Assembly (NCBI GenBank): GCA_017535435.1
Contig: JAFXTY010000041.1
Coordinates: 770-64,769, forward strand
Direction: 5' to 3'
DNA length: 64,000 nt
DNA from: Spirochaetia bacterium
GTDB lineage: Bacteria; Spirochaetota; Spirochaetia; CADAEX01
The position numbers and the translations under genes were made by a program. Below the pieces are notes generated by a model. It saw only the letters and a list, made by a program, of their open reading frames with translations. It did not search any database and had not been told where the DNA came from. Below, one piece after another: positions 36,307 through 46,618 of the stretch (position 1 is its first letter; the number at the start of each line of letters is the position of its first letter).

Positions 36307-37323
36307 GTGAGTAAAACCCGTAATTGCATTGTATTCCTTCTGTTTCTCATACTTCTTATTGCAGCAGTGATTCTGAGCGCTCATGTGGGCAGTGTCAGCA
36401 TCTCTGCCAAAGATATCATCAGTATTGTATTCAGAGGGGACAGGTCAAACTCTGTGGCCTATAACATCATATGGAAGATACGGCTTCCCCGTATTGTCCT
36501 GGCCTCCCTGCTGGGTGGTGCCTTATCCCTTTCAGGCTTCCTTATCCAGACCTTTTTCCGCAATCCTATCGCAGGGCCATTTGTGCTTGGAATATCCTCG
36601 GGAGCAAAGCTGTTCCTGGCCATAACCACAATCATAATGACCGGCCTGTTCAACCAGATGCCTGTGTCAGTCACAGTAGTAGCATCCTTTGTTGGATCTC
36701 TCCTCTCCCTGCTCCTGGTGCTGCTGTTCACTGGGAAGGTGAGGAATATGTCCATACTGCTGGTCATCGGAATCATGATAAGCTACATATGCTCTGCCAT
36801 CACCGACCTGCTCATAAACTTTGCCAACGATTCCGATATCGTGAATCTTACCCACTGGTCAAAGGGAACCTTCTCTGCGGCCACCTGGCAGGATGTATAT
36901 ATTTCAGCTTTCATAGTGCTTCCTACGCTTCTTGTTGTCTTTCTGGCCTCCAAGCCTATGGGAGCGTATCTTTTAGGGGAGGGATATGCCAAGAGCCTAG
37001 GGGTGGACATCAAGCTGTTCCGCATTTTCCTGGTGCTTCTTACCGGTGTGCTCTCCTCCTGTGTTGCAGCCTTTGCCGGCCCCATCTCCTTTGTGGGCAT
37101 AGCTGTGCCCCATATCTCCAGACAATTGCTTAAGACTTCAAAGCCTATTCTTATGATACCTGCCTCCTTCCTGTGCGGAGCCCTGTTCTGCGTGCTGTGC
37201 GATCTGGCGGCCAGAACCCTGTTTGCCCCCACAGAGCTTTCCATCAGCACTGTCACAAGTGCAATCGGAGCCCCTATTGTGATCTGGCTTCTTATATCAA
37301 GGAGGCGGAAGAATGAAGTCTGA
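36307..37323 (+). CDS. FecCD-family ABC permease (BtuC-like)
   Basis: 10-TM FecCD/BtuC architecture with the conserved LGGALS..G motif. Confidence 0.7.
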   Translation: MSKTRNCIVFLLFLILLIAAVILSAHVGSVSISAKDIISIVFRGDRSNSVAYNIIWKIRLPRIVLASLLGGALSLSGFLIQTFFRNPIAGPFVLGISSGAKLFLAITTIIMTGLFNQMPVSVTVVASFVGSLLSLLLVLLFTGKVRNMSILLVIGIMISYICSAITDLLINFANDSDIVNLTHWSKGTFSAATWQDVYISAFIVLPTLLVVFLASKPMGAYLLGEGYAKSLGVDIKLFRIFLVLLTGVLSSCVAAFAGPISFVGIAVPHISRQLLKTSKPILMIPASFLCGALFCVLCDLAARTLFAPTELSISTVTSAIGAPIVIWLLISRRRKNEV

Positions 37324-38443
37324 CAAACTTAGGCTGGATTCTCTTGCTGTAGGCTACAACGGGGTTCCCCTTATATCCGATATCACCCTTTCTCTGGCAA
37401 AGGGGGAAATACTTACTCTGATCGGCCCTAACGGCGCAGGTAAATCAACTATTCTTAAAAGCATAACACGGCATCTTGCCACCATAGCCGGTACTGTCTA
37501 TCTGGATGAAAAGAATATGCAGACCATCAAGGGAACTGATGTGGCAAAGCAGCTTGCTGTAGTGCTTACGGAGCGGATACGTCCTGAGCTTATGACCTGC
37601 TTTGAGTTTGTCTCGGCCGGCCGTTATCCCTATACCGGCAGCTTCGGCATGCTTACAGAGCAGGACAGGGAGGTTGTGAAAAAGGCCCTTGAGAAGGTGA
37701 ACGCCCTTGATATCGCCGACAAGGATATTTCCCGGATAAGCGATGGTCAGCGGCAGCGTGTCCTTCTTGCCCGGGCAATATGTCAGGAGCCGGAGGTCAT
37801 AGTTCTTGATGAGCCCACCTCATTCCTCGATATCAGGCATAAGATTGAGCTTCTGGGAATTCTTTCCGACATGGCTAAGAACAGCGGTATCTCAGTGGTC
37901 ATGAGCCTCCATGAGATAGACCTGGCCCAGCGCATCTCTGACAAGATAGTATGTGTCAAGGGAGACAGGATTGCAGCTTATGGAACTCCTGAGGAGATTT
38001 TCTCTGATGATACAATAAAGAAGCTTTACGATATTGAATGCGGCTCCTTCAATGCCCTGCTTGGAAACATAGAACTGGCTTCACCCTGTGGAGAACCTAA
38101 ATGCTTTGTCATAGGCGGTGGAGGCCTGGGCATACCATATTATCGGGCATTGCAGAAACGTGGTATTCCTTTTGCCGCTGGAATACTGCTTGGAAATGAT
38201 ATTGATCTGGCTGTGGCTGCTCCCCTTGCTAAATATGTGGTAAAAACACCACCTTTTATGACAGCTTCTTCGGGTGACATTGCAGAAGCCGAAAAGCTTA
38301 TAGATTCTGTAGGGGTTGTCATAGACTGCGGCTGTCCAATGGGTGGGATGAACAGCTTCAATTCTGAATTGCTTCAATATGCTGCAGAGCATGGCAAAAC
38401 TCTCATAAGGTCACTTGCAGAGCTTAAGGAGGCAGAGCTGTGA
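37313..38443 (+). CDS. ABC transporter ATP-binding protein (BtuD/FepC-like) with about 125-aa C-terminal extension
   Basis: Walker A GPNGAGKST, signature SDGQRQRV, Walker B VLDEPTSFLD. After about residue 250 there is an extra domain with GGGGLG and CGCPMGG. Confidence 0.7.
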   Translation: MKSDKLRLDSLAVGYNGVPLISDITLSLAKGEILTLIGPNGAGKSTILKSITRHLATIAGTVYLDEKNMQTIKGTDVAKQLAVVLTERIRPELMTCFEFVSAGRYPYTGSFGMLTEQDREVVKKALEKVNALDIADKDISRISDGQRQRVLLARAICQEPEVIVLDEPTSFLDIRHKIELLGILSDMAKNSGISVVMSLHEIDLAQRISDKIVCVKGDRIAAYGTPEEIFSDDTIKKLYDIECGSFNALLGNIELASPCGEPKCFVIGGGGLGIPYYRALQKRGIPFAAGILLGNDIDLAVAAPLAKYVVKTPPFMTASSGDIAEAEKLIDSVGVVIDCGCPMGGMNSFNSELLQYAAEHGKTLIRSLAELKEAEL

Positions 38444-39792
38444 GATTGCCCAGGATCCTGATTGCAGGCACCTCAAGCGGAAGCGGCAAGACAACTGCAA
38501 CCTATGTTCTGCTTGAGCTTTTAAAACGCCGTGGCACTAGGGTAAAGGCCTGCAAGTGCGGACCGGACTACATCGACCCCATGTTCCACAAGAAAGTTTC
38601 GGGGATTTCCTGCACCAATCTCGACCCTTTCTTCTGTGATAAGAACCTGCTCAGATACCTTCTTGGCAAAAACGGAGGAGAGCAGATCACTGTGATTGAG
38701 GGAGTCATGGGCTACTATGACGGGACCAGCCATAAAGGGACTGACAACAGCACCTTCACTGTGGCGGAACAGACAGATACACCTGTGATTCTTACGGTGG
38801 ATGCCAAAGGTTCTGCCTCATCTCTTCTTGCAGTTATAGAGGGGTTTCTCCATTTTGTTCCCGAAAGCCATATCCGCGGGGTGTTGTTCAACCGCATGAC
38901 ACCTGGAAGCTATAAGACTGTCAAAGCTATGATGCAAGACCGGTTCGGAGAGTCTGTTGTTCCAGTGGGGTTTATCCCGTCTCTACCCGAGGAGTGCCAT
39001 ATCCCATCCCGCCATCTTGGGCTGGTGACAGCAGCCGAGATAAACGACCTTACAGAACGCCTTGAGAAAACAGCCGACCTTTGTATCTCTTCTGTTGATC
39101 TTGATGCTGTATTGGCCATGGCTTGCAAAGCTCCTGATCTTGAATCCAACGCACCGGAGGTGCCACATCTTGGTGGAATAAACCTGGCAGTTGCCATGGA
39201 TGAGGCCTTCTGCTTTTACTATGACAGCACTTTTAAGCTGTTTGAGGAAATGGGGGCTGAACTCAGGTTTTTCTCTCCTTTGGCAGACGACGTGATTCCT
39301 GAAGAGAGTGATGGCCTCATAGTAGGGGGCGGGTACCCGGAGCTTTATGCAGAAAAGCTTGAAGCAAATATTCATACTAAAGAAAGCGTGTGCAGGGCCA
39401 TATCTTCCGGCATGCCCACAATTGCTGAATGCGGAGGCTTCCAGTATCTTGGAGAGACTCTGGATGGTCATAGAATGTGCGGAGTGCTTAAGCATTCTTC
39501 CACAAGGACAGAGCACCTTGTCAGGTTTGGATATATTGCTATGACATCCCGCAGGGATGGTCTTTTCGGGTCGGCAGGGACAAAGCTGAAAGCTCATGAG
39601 TTCCATTATTGGGACAGCACAGACAGCGGAGATGCTTTTACAGCAAAGAAGCCCGACGGCAGGGAATGGAAATGTGCAGTCATGACCGATACCCTTTATG
39701 CTGGATATCCTCATCTTTTCCTTCCATCAAATATTCCTGCAGCAGCGGCCTTTTATAAAAAGTGTATTAAATATAAGGAGGGCAGGAGATGA
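38440..39792 (+). CDS. cbiA: cobyrinate a,c-diamide synthase
   Basis: N-terminal AGTSSGSGKTT P-loop. C-terminal GATase1 domain with CGGFQYLG. Confidence 0.8.
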   Translation: MRLPRILIAGTSSGSGKTTATYVLLELLKRRGTRVKACKCGPDYIDPMFHKKVSGISCTNLDPFFCDKNLLRYLLGKNGGEQITVIEGVMGYYDGTSHKGTDNSTFTVAEQTDTPVILTVDAKGSASSLLAVIEGFLHFVPESHIRGVLFNRMTPGSYKTVKAMMQDRFGESVVPVGFIPSLPEECHIPSRHLGLVTAAEINDLTERLEKTADLCISSVDLDAVLAMACKAPDLESNAPEVPHLGGINLAVAMDEAFCFYYDSTFKLFEEMGAELRFFSPLADDVIPEESDGLIVGGGYPELYAEKLEANIHTKESVCRAISSGMPTIAECGGFQYLGETLDGHRMCGVLKHSSTRTEHLVRFGYIAMTSRRDGLFGSAGTKLKAHEFHYWDSTDSGDAFTAKKPDGREWKCAVMTDTLYAGYPHLFLPSNIPAAAAFYKKCIKYKEGRR

Positions 39793-40406
39793 TCATAGCC
39801 GATCCCATGGAAATCGAAAAGCGCAGTATGGAAATCATTGAAAGCGGACTTCCTGCCGATATCCCCCAGGAAAACAAGGCCGTGGTCAAACGGGTCATCC
39901 ATTGTACAGCCGATTTTGATTATGCGGAAAACCTTACCTTCTCAAAGGATGCAGTCAAGAATGCGCTTGAAGCATTGCGCCGGGGCTGCGATATTGTCAC
40001 AGACACCCAGATGGCCCTGGCTGGAATAAATAAAGCTGCTGCTGCAGAACTGAGATGTAAGATTCATTGCTTCATGAGCGATCCGGATGTGGCAAAGGAA
40101 GCAGGGGAGAGAGGATGCACCCGGGCAGTTGTCTCAATGGAGAGGGCGGCAAAGCTTGGAAAACCGCTTGTTCTTGTCATCGGCAATGCACCGACAGCTC
40201 TGCTGAAGATCAGGGAAATGATTGATGCAGGAGAGATAGCTCCGGCTCTTGTGATAGGTGTTCCAGTGGGGTTTGTCAATGTTGTTGAATCCAAGAACGC
40301 CATAATGGAAACAGATGTGCCTTATATTGTCGCCAAAGGAAGAAAAGGAGGATCCAACGTCGCCGCAGCTGTAGTCAATGCGCTGATGTATCAGATAACA
40401 AGATGA
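39789..40406 (+). CDS. cbiC: cobalt-precorrin-8 methylmutase
   Basis: CbiC/CobH family. VIHCTADFDYAENLTF, VIGNAPTAL. Confidence 0.8.
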   Translation: MIIADPMEIEKRSMEIIESGLPADIPQENKAVVKRVIHCTADFDYAENLTFSKDAVKNALEALRRGCDIVTDTQMALAGINKAAAAELRCKIHCFMSDPDVAKEAGERGCTRAVVSMERAAKLGKPLVLVIGNAPTALLKIREMIDAGEIAPALVIGVPVGFVNVVESKNAIMETDVPYIVAKGRKGGSNVAAAVVNALMYQITR

Positions 40407-41533
40407 TGGAGAGCTTTATCACAAAAGATGGGAAGAGACTCAGGCGTGGCTATACCACAGGCTCCTGTGCCGCCGCTGCCGCAAAATCTGCGGCATTGAT
40501 GCTGCTTACAGGATGCAGGCTGGATAGCATTCATCTGATTACACCCTTTGGGATAGAGCTGAATCTCCCTTTGCATGATATTGAGATAAATGAAAGATAT
40601 GTTACCTGCGGAGTAGTAAAGGACAGTGGGGATGACCCAGATGTGACAGACGGGATCACAGTCTATGCCAAGGTGGAGAAAACAGAGTTACCATACACAA
40701 TTGAAATAGACGGCGGCCAGGGAATAGGCCGGGTGACAAAACCTGGTCTTGATCAGAGGGTTGGCTGTGCTGCTATAAACTCCACTCCCCGCAGGATGAT
40801 TACAGAAGAGCTGCAGCAGGTGTGTGAGGATAGCAGTTATACCGGTGGCCTTAAAGTTATTATATCAGCCCCGGAAGGAACTGATATTGCAAAAAGAACC
40901 TTCAATCCCAAGCTTGGAGTGGTAGATGGCATCTCTATTTTAGGAACCACCGGTATTGTGGAGCCTATGAGCGAGGAAGCGCTTATTGACAGCATAGCTC
41001 TTGAGATCCGGCAGCGCAAGGCACTTGGGGACAGGAGGCTTATCCTTGCTCCAGGTAACTTCGGCGCAGATTTCCTTAAATCGGTGTATAAAATTGAAGA
41101 TGAGCAGATTGTGAAATGCTCAAACTATGTAGGAAACGCATTGGAAGCTGCAATCGGTGCAGGCTTCTCAGAAGTGCTTCTGGCAGGTCATATTGGTAAA
41201 TTTATAAAGCTTTCCGGAGGAATTATGAACACCCACTCAAAAGAGGGTGATCACAGAGCTGAACTGATGGCTTCTGCCGCACTGGCAGCCGGGGCATCTC
41301 CAGAGACAGCCAAGTCGATGTCTGACTGTGTGACGACCGATGAGATGCTTCGTATTCTCGACATGGAAGGAGTTCTTTCAGGAACTATGGAAGTATTGAA
41401 AGAACGGATAGAAGATGCTCTTGCAGTAAGGTTTGCAGGGCAGCTTGAAATAGGAGTGATTGTCTTCGTCACTGGAAATGTGGAACTGTTTAAGACTGAG
41501 AAAGCCCGGGAGTGGATGGAGGGGCAGCCGTGA
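40403..41533 (+). CDS. cbiD: cobalt-precorrin-5B (C1)-methyltransferase
   Basis: LRRGYTTGSCAAAAAKSA and CbiD family throughout. Confidence 0.8.
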   Translation: MMESFITKDGKRLRRGYTTGSCAAAAAKSAALMLLTGCRLDSIHLITPFGIELNLPLHDIEINERYVTCGVVKDSGDDPDVTDGITVYAKVEKTELPYTIEIDGGQGIGRVTKPGLDQRVGCAAINSTPRRMITEELQQVCEDSSYTGGLKVIISAPEGTDIAKRTFNPKLGVVDGISILGTTGIVEPMSEEALIDSIALEIRQRKALGDRRLILAPGNFGADFLKSVYKIEDEQIVKCSNYVGNALEAAIGAGFSEVLLAGHIGKFIKLSGGIMNTHSKEGDHRAELMASAALAAGASPETAKSMSDCVTTDEMLRILDMEGVLSGTMEVLKERIEDALAVRFAGQLEIGVIVFVTGNVELFKTEKAREWMEGQP

Positions 41534-42216
41534 AAAAAGGGATTTTATATGGTGTCGGTGTGGGACCTGGTGACCCTGGTCTTCTGACTGTAAAAGCTGT
41601 GAACCTTATTAAAAGCTGCGATATTCTGGCAATTCCCCATAGAAAGGCGGGGGAGTGCTTTGCATATAGGATTGCGGTCAAGGCAGTGCCGGAAGCAAAG
41701 GATAAGCCTGTGCTGCCTGTCGATATGCCCATGACACACGACAAGACTGTACGTGAAGCTGCATACAAAGTGGGTGCAGACTTGGTTGCAGGAGAACTTT
41801 TAAAAGGGAAGACAGTAGTTTTCCTGACCCTTGGTGATCCTGCCGTTTATTCCACATTTGCATATCTTGCACCCCATGTCAGAAACCATGGGTTTGAGGT
41901 GGTATGGGTTCCGGGAGTGACCTCCTTCTGTGCATCTGCCGCTGCCCTTGGACAGCCCCTCTGCACCGACCGGGAGACAATGCATATCCTTCCTGGGGGA
42001 GTTGATGCAGCAGAGGCTCTTCGGATGCCAGGGACAAAAGTATTTATGAAAGGGGAGCTTTCCTCTCTTCTTGTTGCACTCAAGGAAAGAGGGCAGGAAG
42101 CTCAGGCAGTGGAGAACTGCGGCATTGAGAACGAGCATATTTATAAGACTGCTGATACCATTCCAGAGGATGCAGGTTATTATCTCGTGACAATCGTAAA
42201 GGAGAAGGAAGCATGA
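41530..42216 (+). CDS. cbiL: cobalt-precorrin-2 C20-methyltransferase
   Basis: LYGVGVGPGDPGLLTVKA. GTG at 41530 overlaps the cbiD stop. An in-frame ATG also exists at 41512. Confidence 0.75.
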   Translation: MKKGILYGVGVGPGDPGLLTVKAVNLIKSCDILAIPHRKAGECFAYRIAVKAVPEAKDKPVLPVDMPMTHDKTVREAAYKVGADLVAGELLKGKTVVFLTLGDPAVYSTFAYLAPHVRNHGFEVVWVPGVTSFCASAAALGQPLCTDRETMHILPGGVDAAEALRMPGTKVFMKGELSSLLVALKERGQEAQAVENCGIENEHIYKTADTIPEDAGYYLVTIVKEKEA

Positions 42217-42968
42217 TACATTTTGTAGGGGCCGGATGCGGTGCCCCCGACCTTATCACGCTGCGGGGCAAGAAGCACATAGAGAATGCTGATGTGATCA
42301 TTTATGCCGGTTCTCTTGTAAACAAGGAGCTTCTGGAATATGCAAAAAAGGGTTGTGCCATCTATGACAGCGCAAAGATGACCTTGGAAGAGATTATGGA
42401 TGTGATTTCACAGGCTGAGCAGAAGAGGCTTGTCACAGTACGCCTGCATACCGGTGATCCTTCTCTTTATGGTGCCATAGGGGAGCAGATGCGGGAACTG
42501 GACCGGCTTGGAATAGAATATGACATAACCCCCGGGGTAAGTGCCTTCTCCGGTGCAGCCGCCGCACTCAAGACAGAATACACCCTGCCCGATGTCTCCC
42601 AGACCGTAATCATAACCCGGGCCGCCGGCAGAACCGGAGTCCCCGGTTCTGAAGACCTGCGCTCCCTTGCCTCTCACGGAGCCACTATGGTGCTGTACCT
42701 GAGCGCAGGCCTTCTGGATAAGGTCAGCCACGACCTTATTGCCGGCGGCTATGATGCCGACACACCGGCTGCCATAGTCTATAAGGCAACCTGGGCAGAC
42801 GAGAAGGTCTGCCGGTGCACTGTAGGTACGCTGAATCAGACGGCGGCGGCAAACGGAATCACCAAAACTGCACTTGTTGCTGTAGGGAAATTCCTTGGAA
42901 GCAGCTTTACCCGCTCCTGCCTGTACAATCCCGGTTTCTCCACCGAGTTCAGGGAGGCTTCAAAGTGA
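42213..42968 (+). CDS. cbiF: cobalt-precorrin-4 C11-methyltransferase
   Basis: MIHFVGAGCGAPDLITLRG...TGDPSLYGA. ATGA overlap with cbiL. Confidence 0.8.
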   Translation: MIHFVGAGCGAPDLITLRGKKHIENADVIIYAGSLVNKELLEYAKKGCAIYDSAKMTLEEIMDVISQAEQKRLVTVRLHTGDPSLYGAIGEQMRELDRLGIEYDITPGVSAFSGAAAALKTEYTLPDVSQTVIITRAAGRTGVPGSEDLRSLASHGATMVLYLSAGLLDKVSHDLIAGGYDADTPAAIVYKATWADEKVCRCTVGTLNQTAAANGITKTALVAVGKFLGSSFTRSCLYNPGFSTEFREASK

Positions 42969-43939
42969 AGACCTCTATTTTCTGTTTTTCCGATTACGGG
43001 TCTCTGATTTCCGAAAAGCTCTGCAGCCTTCTTGGACTGGAAAAAAATTGCATCCATAGGCGAGTTGACGAAGAAATGGGAGTGCTGTTTGAAGAGAATG
43101 ATGCATTAATCTTTATCGGCGCCTGCGGTATTGCTGTCCGCGCCATTGCGCCCTATATAAAAAGCAAGACCACCGATCCTGCCGTGGTTGTGATTGATGA
43201 CCGGGGGAAATATGTCATACCGATTCTCTCGGGACACATAGGAGGTGCCAACAGGCTTGCACAGCAGATTGCTCAGCTTCTTGGCGCAGCTGCTGTCATA
43301 ACCACAGCCACCGATTGTGCAGGAAAGTTCTCCTGCGATGCCTGGGCAGTTCAGAACGATTGTGCAATTTCTTCTATGGAGGCTGCTAAAAAAGTTTCTT
43401 CCGCTATCCTGAAAAGAGATATACCGGTTATTTCTGATTCTGAGCTTCCATCCTGCCTGCCACAGGGGCTTGTCCCAGGAGAAAAGGGCGAGATAGGTAT
43501 ATATATAGGTATCCATGAAAAGGTGCCCTTTAAAACCACGCTGCAACTGATTCCACGCGTTCTTGTTCTGGGTATCGGCTGCCGTAAGGGGACATTGAAA
43601 GAACACCTTCTTTCAGCGGTAAGAAAAGTACTTGCAGATAACAACCTTGATATCAGGGCTGTAGGAAGAATTGCTTCGATAGATGTGAAGATGGGGGAGG
43701 CAGGATTGCTTTCCCTGGCAAAGGAGCTTGGTGCTGAAATTTCCTTCTATACCGCCGCTGAGCTTAACTCTGCCGAAGGCGATTTTGAAGAGTCTGCTTT
43801 TGTTAAAAATACAGTAGGAACTGACAATGTATGTGAACGCTCTGCAGCTCTTGCAGGGGGGAAGCTGATTGTCAAGAAGACTGTCTTGGACAGCGTTACA
43901 ATCGCAGTATCTGAAAAAGAATGGGAGATGAAATTTTGA
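42965..43939 (+). CDS. cbiG: cobalt-precorrin-5A hydrolase CbiG
   Basis: CbiG N-, mid- and C-domains (VLVLGIGCRKG). GTG start overlaps the cbiF stop. The track ORF 42815.. is an upstream in-frame extension. Confidence 0.7.
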   Translation: MKTSIFCFSDYGSLISEKLCSLLGLEKNCIHRRVDEEMGVLFEENDALIFIGACGIAVRAIAPYIKSKTTDPAVVVIDDRGKYVIPILSGHIGGANRLAQQIAQLLGAAAVITTATDCAGKFSCDAWAVQNDCAISSMEAAKKVSSAILKRDIPVISDSELPSCLPQGLVPGEKGEIGIYIGIHEKVPFKTTLQLIPRVLVLGIGCRKGTLKEHLLSAVRKVLADNNLDIRAVGRIASIDVKMGEAGLLSLAKELGAEISFYTAAELNSAEGDFEESAFVKNTVGTDNVCERSAALAGGKLIVKKTVLDSVTIAVSEKEWEMKF

Positions 43940-44667
43940 ATAAGCTGTTTATAGTAGGTATAGGTGCAGGAAACTATGAAGGAATGACTGTAGGTGCGGT
44001 GAAGGCTCTTGAGCAGGCAGATCTTATTGTGGGCTATACTGTTTATTGCAAACTGATCAAGCCTTATTTTCCGGATAAAAAATTCCTCTCCACCCCTATG
44101 ATGCAGGAGATTGAGCGTTGCCGTCTTGCCCTTGAGCATGCAGCTGGGGGTGAGACCACTGCGGTTGTCTGTTCTGGTGATGCAGGGATATATGGAATGG
44201 CTTCTCCAGTCCTTGAGCTTGCTGATAAATATGAGGTGGAGATAGAGATTATAGCTGGTGTCACAGCTGCTGCCTCCGGTGCAGCCCTTCTAGGGTCTCC
44301 GATTACCAATGATTTTGCTGTGATAAGCCTCTCTGATAATCTTACTCCTATGGAGGAGATAGAGAGACATCTTGAGAAGGCTGCCGAAGCAGATCTATGC
44401 ATTGTTATTTATAATCCGACCAGCCACAGGAGGGCCGGTTATCTTAAGAAAGCCTGTGATATCGTTATGCGGTACCGCTCAAGTCAGACTGTGTGCGGTA
44501 TTGCCCAGAACATAGGGCGTGAAGGAGAGAATTCACGTATTATGACTCTTTCGGAGCTTGCAGAGGCAGAGACTGATATGTTCTCCACTGTGTTTATAGG
44601 CAATTCAAAAACTAAGATTATAAACGGGAAAATGGTCACCCCCAGGGGATATAGGAATGTCAGATAA
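43921..44667 (+). CDS. cbiH: cobalt-precorrin-3B C17-methyltransferase
   Basis: LFIVGIGAGNYEGMT...CSGDAGIYGM. An alternative TTG start at 43936 gives a TTGA overlap with the cbiG stop. Confidence 0.8.
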   Translation: MGDEILNKLFIVGIGAGNYEGMTVGAVKALEQADLIVGYTVYCKLIKPYFPDKKFLSTPMMQEIERCRLALEHAAGGETTAVVCSGDAGIYGMASPVLELADKYEVEIEIIAGVTAAASGAALLGSPITNDFAVISLSDNLTPMEEIERHLEKAAEADLCIVIYNPTSHRRAGYLKKACDIVMRYRSSQTVCGIAQNIGREGENSRIMTLSELAEAETDMFSTVFIGNSKTKIINGKMVTPRGYRNVR

Positions 44668-46618
44668 GATTTGTATTTTTGCCGGGACCACCGAGGGGAG
44701 GAAACTCGCATTCCTTCTTAAGGATGCTGCAGAGGTGACCGCCTGTGTTGCAACCGAATATGGCGAGATCCTGCTTGATGGAATCGCTGGTATTACTGTT
44801 CATTCAGGACGCATGGATGCAGATGAGATGGCAGCTTTTTTCACAAAGAACAGCTTTGACAGGATTATAGATGCCACCCATCCATATGCTAAGATTGTCA
44901 CCGATAATATTGCCAATGCAGCTTCTGAAACAGGGATACCCCTTATGAGGATTCTCCGGGAGAAGGAGAGTGATTTCCCTGGTGCTGTCTATGTCTCTTC
45001 TGCCATTGAGGCAAAGGAATATCTTTCAGGATGTGAAGGCAATATACTTATCACAACTGGTGCAAAGGAACTTCCAGATTTTGCAGGGCTTGATATGTCC
45101 CATGTATGGGTAAGGGTACTGCCGGTGGTTTCATCCCTTGAGGCTTGCGAGAAGGCAGGGGTTCCTGCAGCGCATATCATTGCGGCCCAGGGACCTTTTA
45201 CCGAAGATATGAATATGGCCCAGCTGAAGATGATTTCTGCCAAGTATGTTGTCACAAAGGCGTCGGGTAAAAACGGCGGCTTTGAGGAGAAGATAAAGGC
45301 TGCATCAGCGTGCGGCGCAGTACCGGTCATCATAGGACAGCCAGCCCAGATATCAGGCCTTTCACTGGACCAGGCGATTGCTGAGCTTGGAAAAACTTAT
45401 CAGATTTCAAATAGAGAAATCATACTGATCGGCATAGGGCCTGGAAGCACGGGCATGCTCACTCTTGAGGCTCAGAAAGCGATAGAGAATTGTGATGCAG
45501 TAATTGGTGCTGCTTCTGTGGTTGAAACGCTGAATACACGGAAGCCATGCTTTACAGAATATAACCCAGCAAAGGTGCGGAATGTGCTGGAGTCTCATCC
45601 TTCAATCCGGAGCGCCGCTGTTGTCTTCCGGGGTGACACCGGCTTCTTCAGCGGTGCATCTGATATGATAAAGGAATTTAAAAACCAGAATATCAGAGTC
45701 ATTCCTGGAATCTCCTCTCTTTCGGCTCTTTCTGCAAGGCTTGGTGCAAGCTGGGATGATGCAGTCTTGATCAGCCTTCACGGCCGGGAGAATAATTTTG
45801 TTGATGCAATTGCAAAAAATAAAAAAGTCTTTCTTCTTACAGGTGGAGAGAACACCCCGGCTTCGGTATGCAGAAGGCTTAAGGAATATGGTTTAGGTTC
45901 CCTTGAGTGCACCGTAGGAGAGCGACTTTCCTATCCTGATGAGAAGATAATCCGTGGCAGTGTTGATTCATTTGCAGATGGTCTTTTTGATCCTCTTTCT
46001 GTTATTTTGATTGAAAATCCAGAAGCTTCCCAGAGGCTCAGGATCGGAGTGGACGACAGTGAATTTATCCGTGGCGAGGTCCCGATGACAAAGGCCGAAG
46101 TACGCTCAATCTCTGTATCGAAGCTGGCTTTATGCGACGATTCCGTTGTTTGGGACATAGGGGCAGGAACAGGCTCTGTATCGGTGGAATGTGCTCTTGC
46201 AGCCTGCAAGGGGCAGGTTTTTGCCATTGAGAAGGAGCTGGATGCAGTTGAGCTGATAAAGCAGAACAAGCTTAAATTCAAGGCCGATAATCTCTTTATT
46301 GTCCATGGATGTGCTCCAGATGCGCTTAAGGCTCTGCCTGCACCTACCCATGCTTTCATCGGCGGAAGCTGTGGTAATCTTCACGGCATATTGAATATGC
46401 TTTTGGATAAAAATCCAGATGTAAGGATTGTCATGACCACAGTCACACTGGAATCTCAGATCGAGGCTTTTGCCTGTGCAAAAGATTACGGGTTTGAGAT
46501 TTTTGAGGCAGTTTCAGTGAATATATCCCGTACTAAAAAAGCAGGATCCTATAATATGATGACAGCCCAGAATCCTGTCACAGTATTTGTCATGCAGAAG
46601 AGGAGAAGTGATGGCTGA
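44657..46618 (+). CDS. cbiJ-cbiET: triple-fusion protein: cobalt-precorrin-6A reductase (CbiJ) + cobalt-precorrin-7 C5-methyltransferase (CbiE) + cobalt-precorrin-6B C15-methyltransferase/decarboxylase (CbiT)
   Basis: N-terminal 250 aa CbiJ/CobK-like (ICIFAGTTEGR). Middle domain ILIGIGPGSTGMLTLEA is a CbiE tetrapyrrole methylase. C-terminal VWDIGAGTGSVSVECAL is the SAM-MTase of CbiT. 653 aa. Confidence 0.7.
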   Translation: MSDKICIFAGTTEGRKLAFLLKDAAEVTACVATEYGEILLDGIAGITVHSGRMDADEMAAFFTKNSFDRIIDATHPYAKIVTDNIANAASETGIPLMRILREKESDFPGAVYVSSAIEAKEYLSGCEGNILITTGAKELPDFAGLDMSHVWVRVLPVVSSLEACEKAGVPAAHIIAAQGPFTEDMNMAQLKMISAKYVVTKASGKNGGFEEKIKAASACGAVPVIIGQPAQISGLSLDQAIAELGKTYQISNREIILIGIGPGSTGMLTLEAQKAIENCDAVIGAASVVETLNTRKPCFTEYNPAKVRNVLESHPSIRSAAVVFRGDTGFFSGASDMIKEFKNQNIRVIPGISSLSALSARLGASWDDAVLISLHGRENNFVDAIAKNKKVFLLTGGENTPASVCRRLKEYGLGSLECTVGERLSYPDEKIIRGSVDSFADGLFDPLSVILIENPEASQRLRIGVDDSEFIRGEVPMTKAEVRSISVSKLALCDDSVVWDIGAGTGSVSVECALAACKGQVFAIEKELDAVELIKQNKLKFKADNLFIVHGCAPDALKALPAPTHAFIGGSCGNLHGILNMLLDKNPDVRIVMTTVTLESQIEAFACAKDYGFEIFEAVSVNISRTKKAGSYNMMTAQNPVTVFVMQKRRSDG

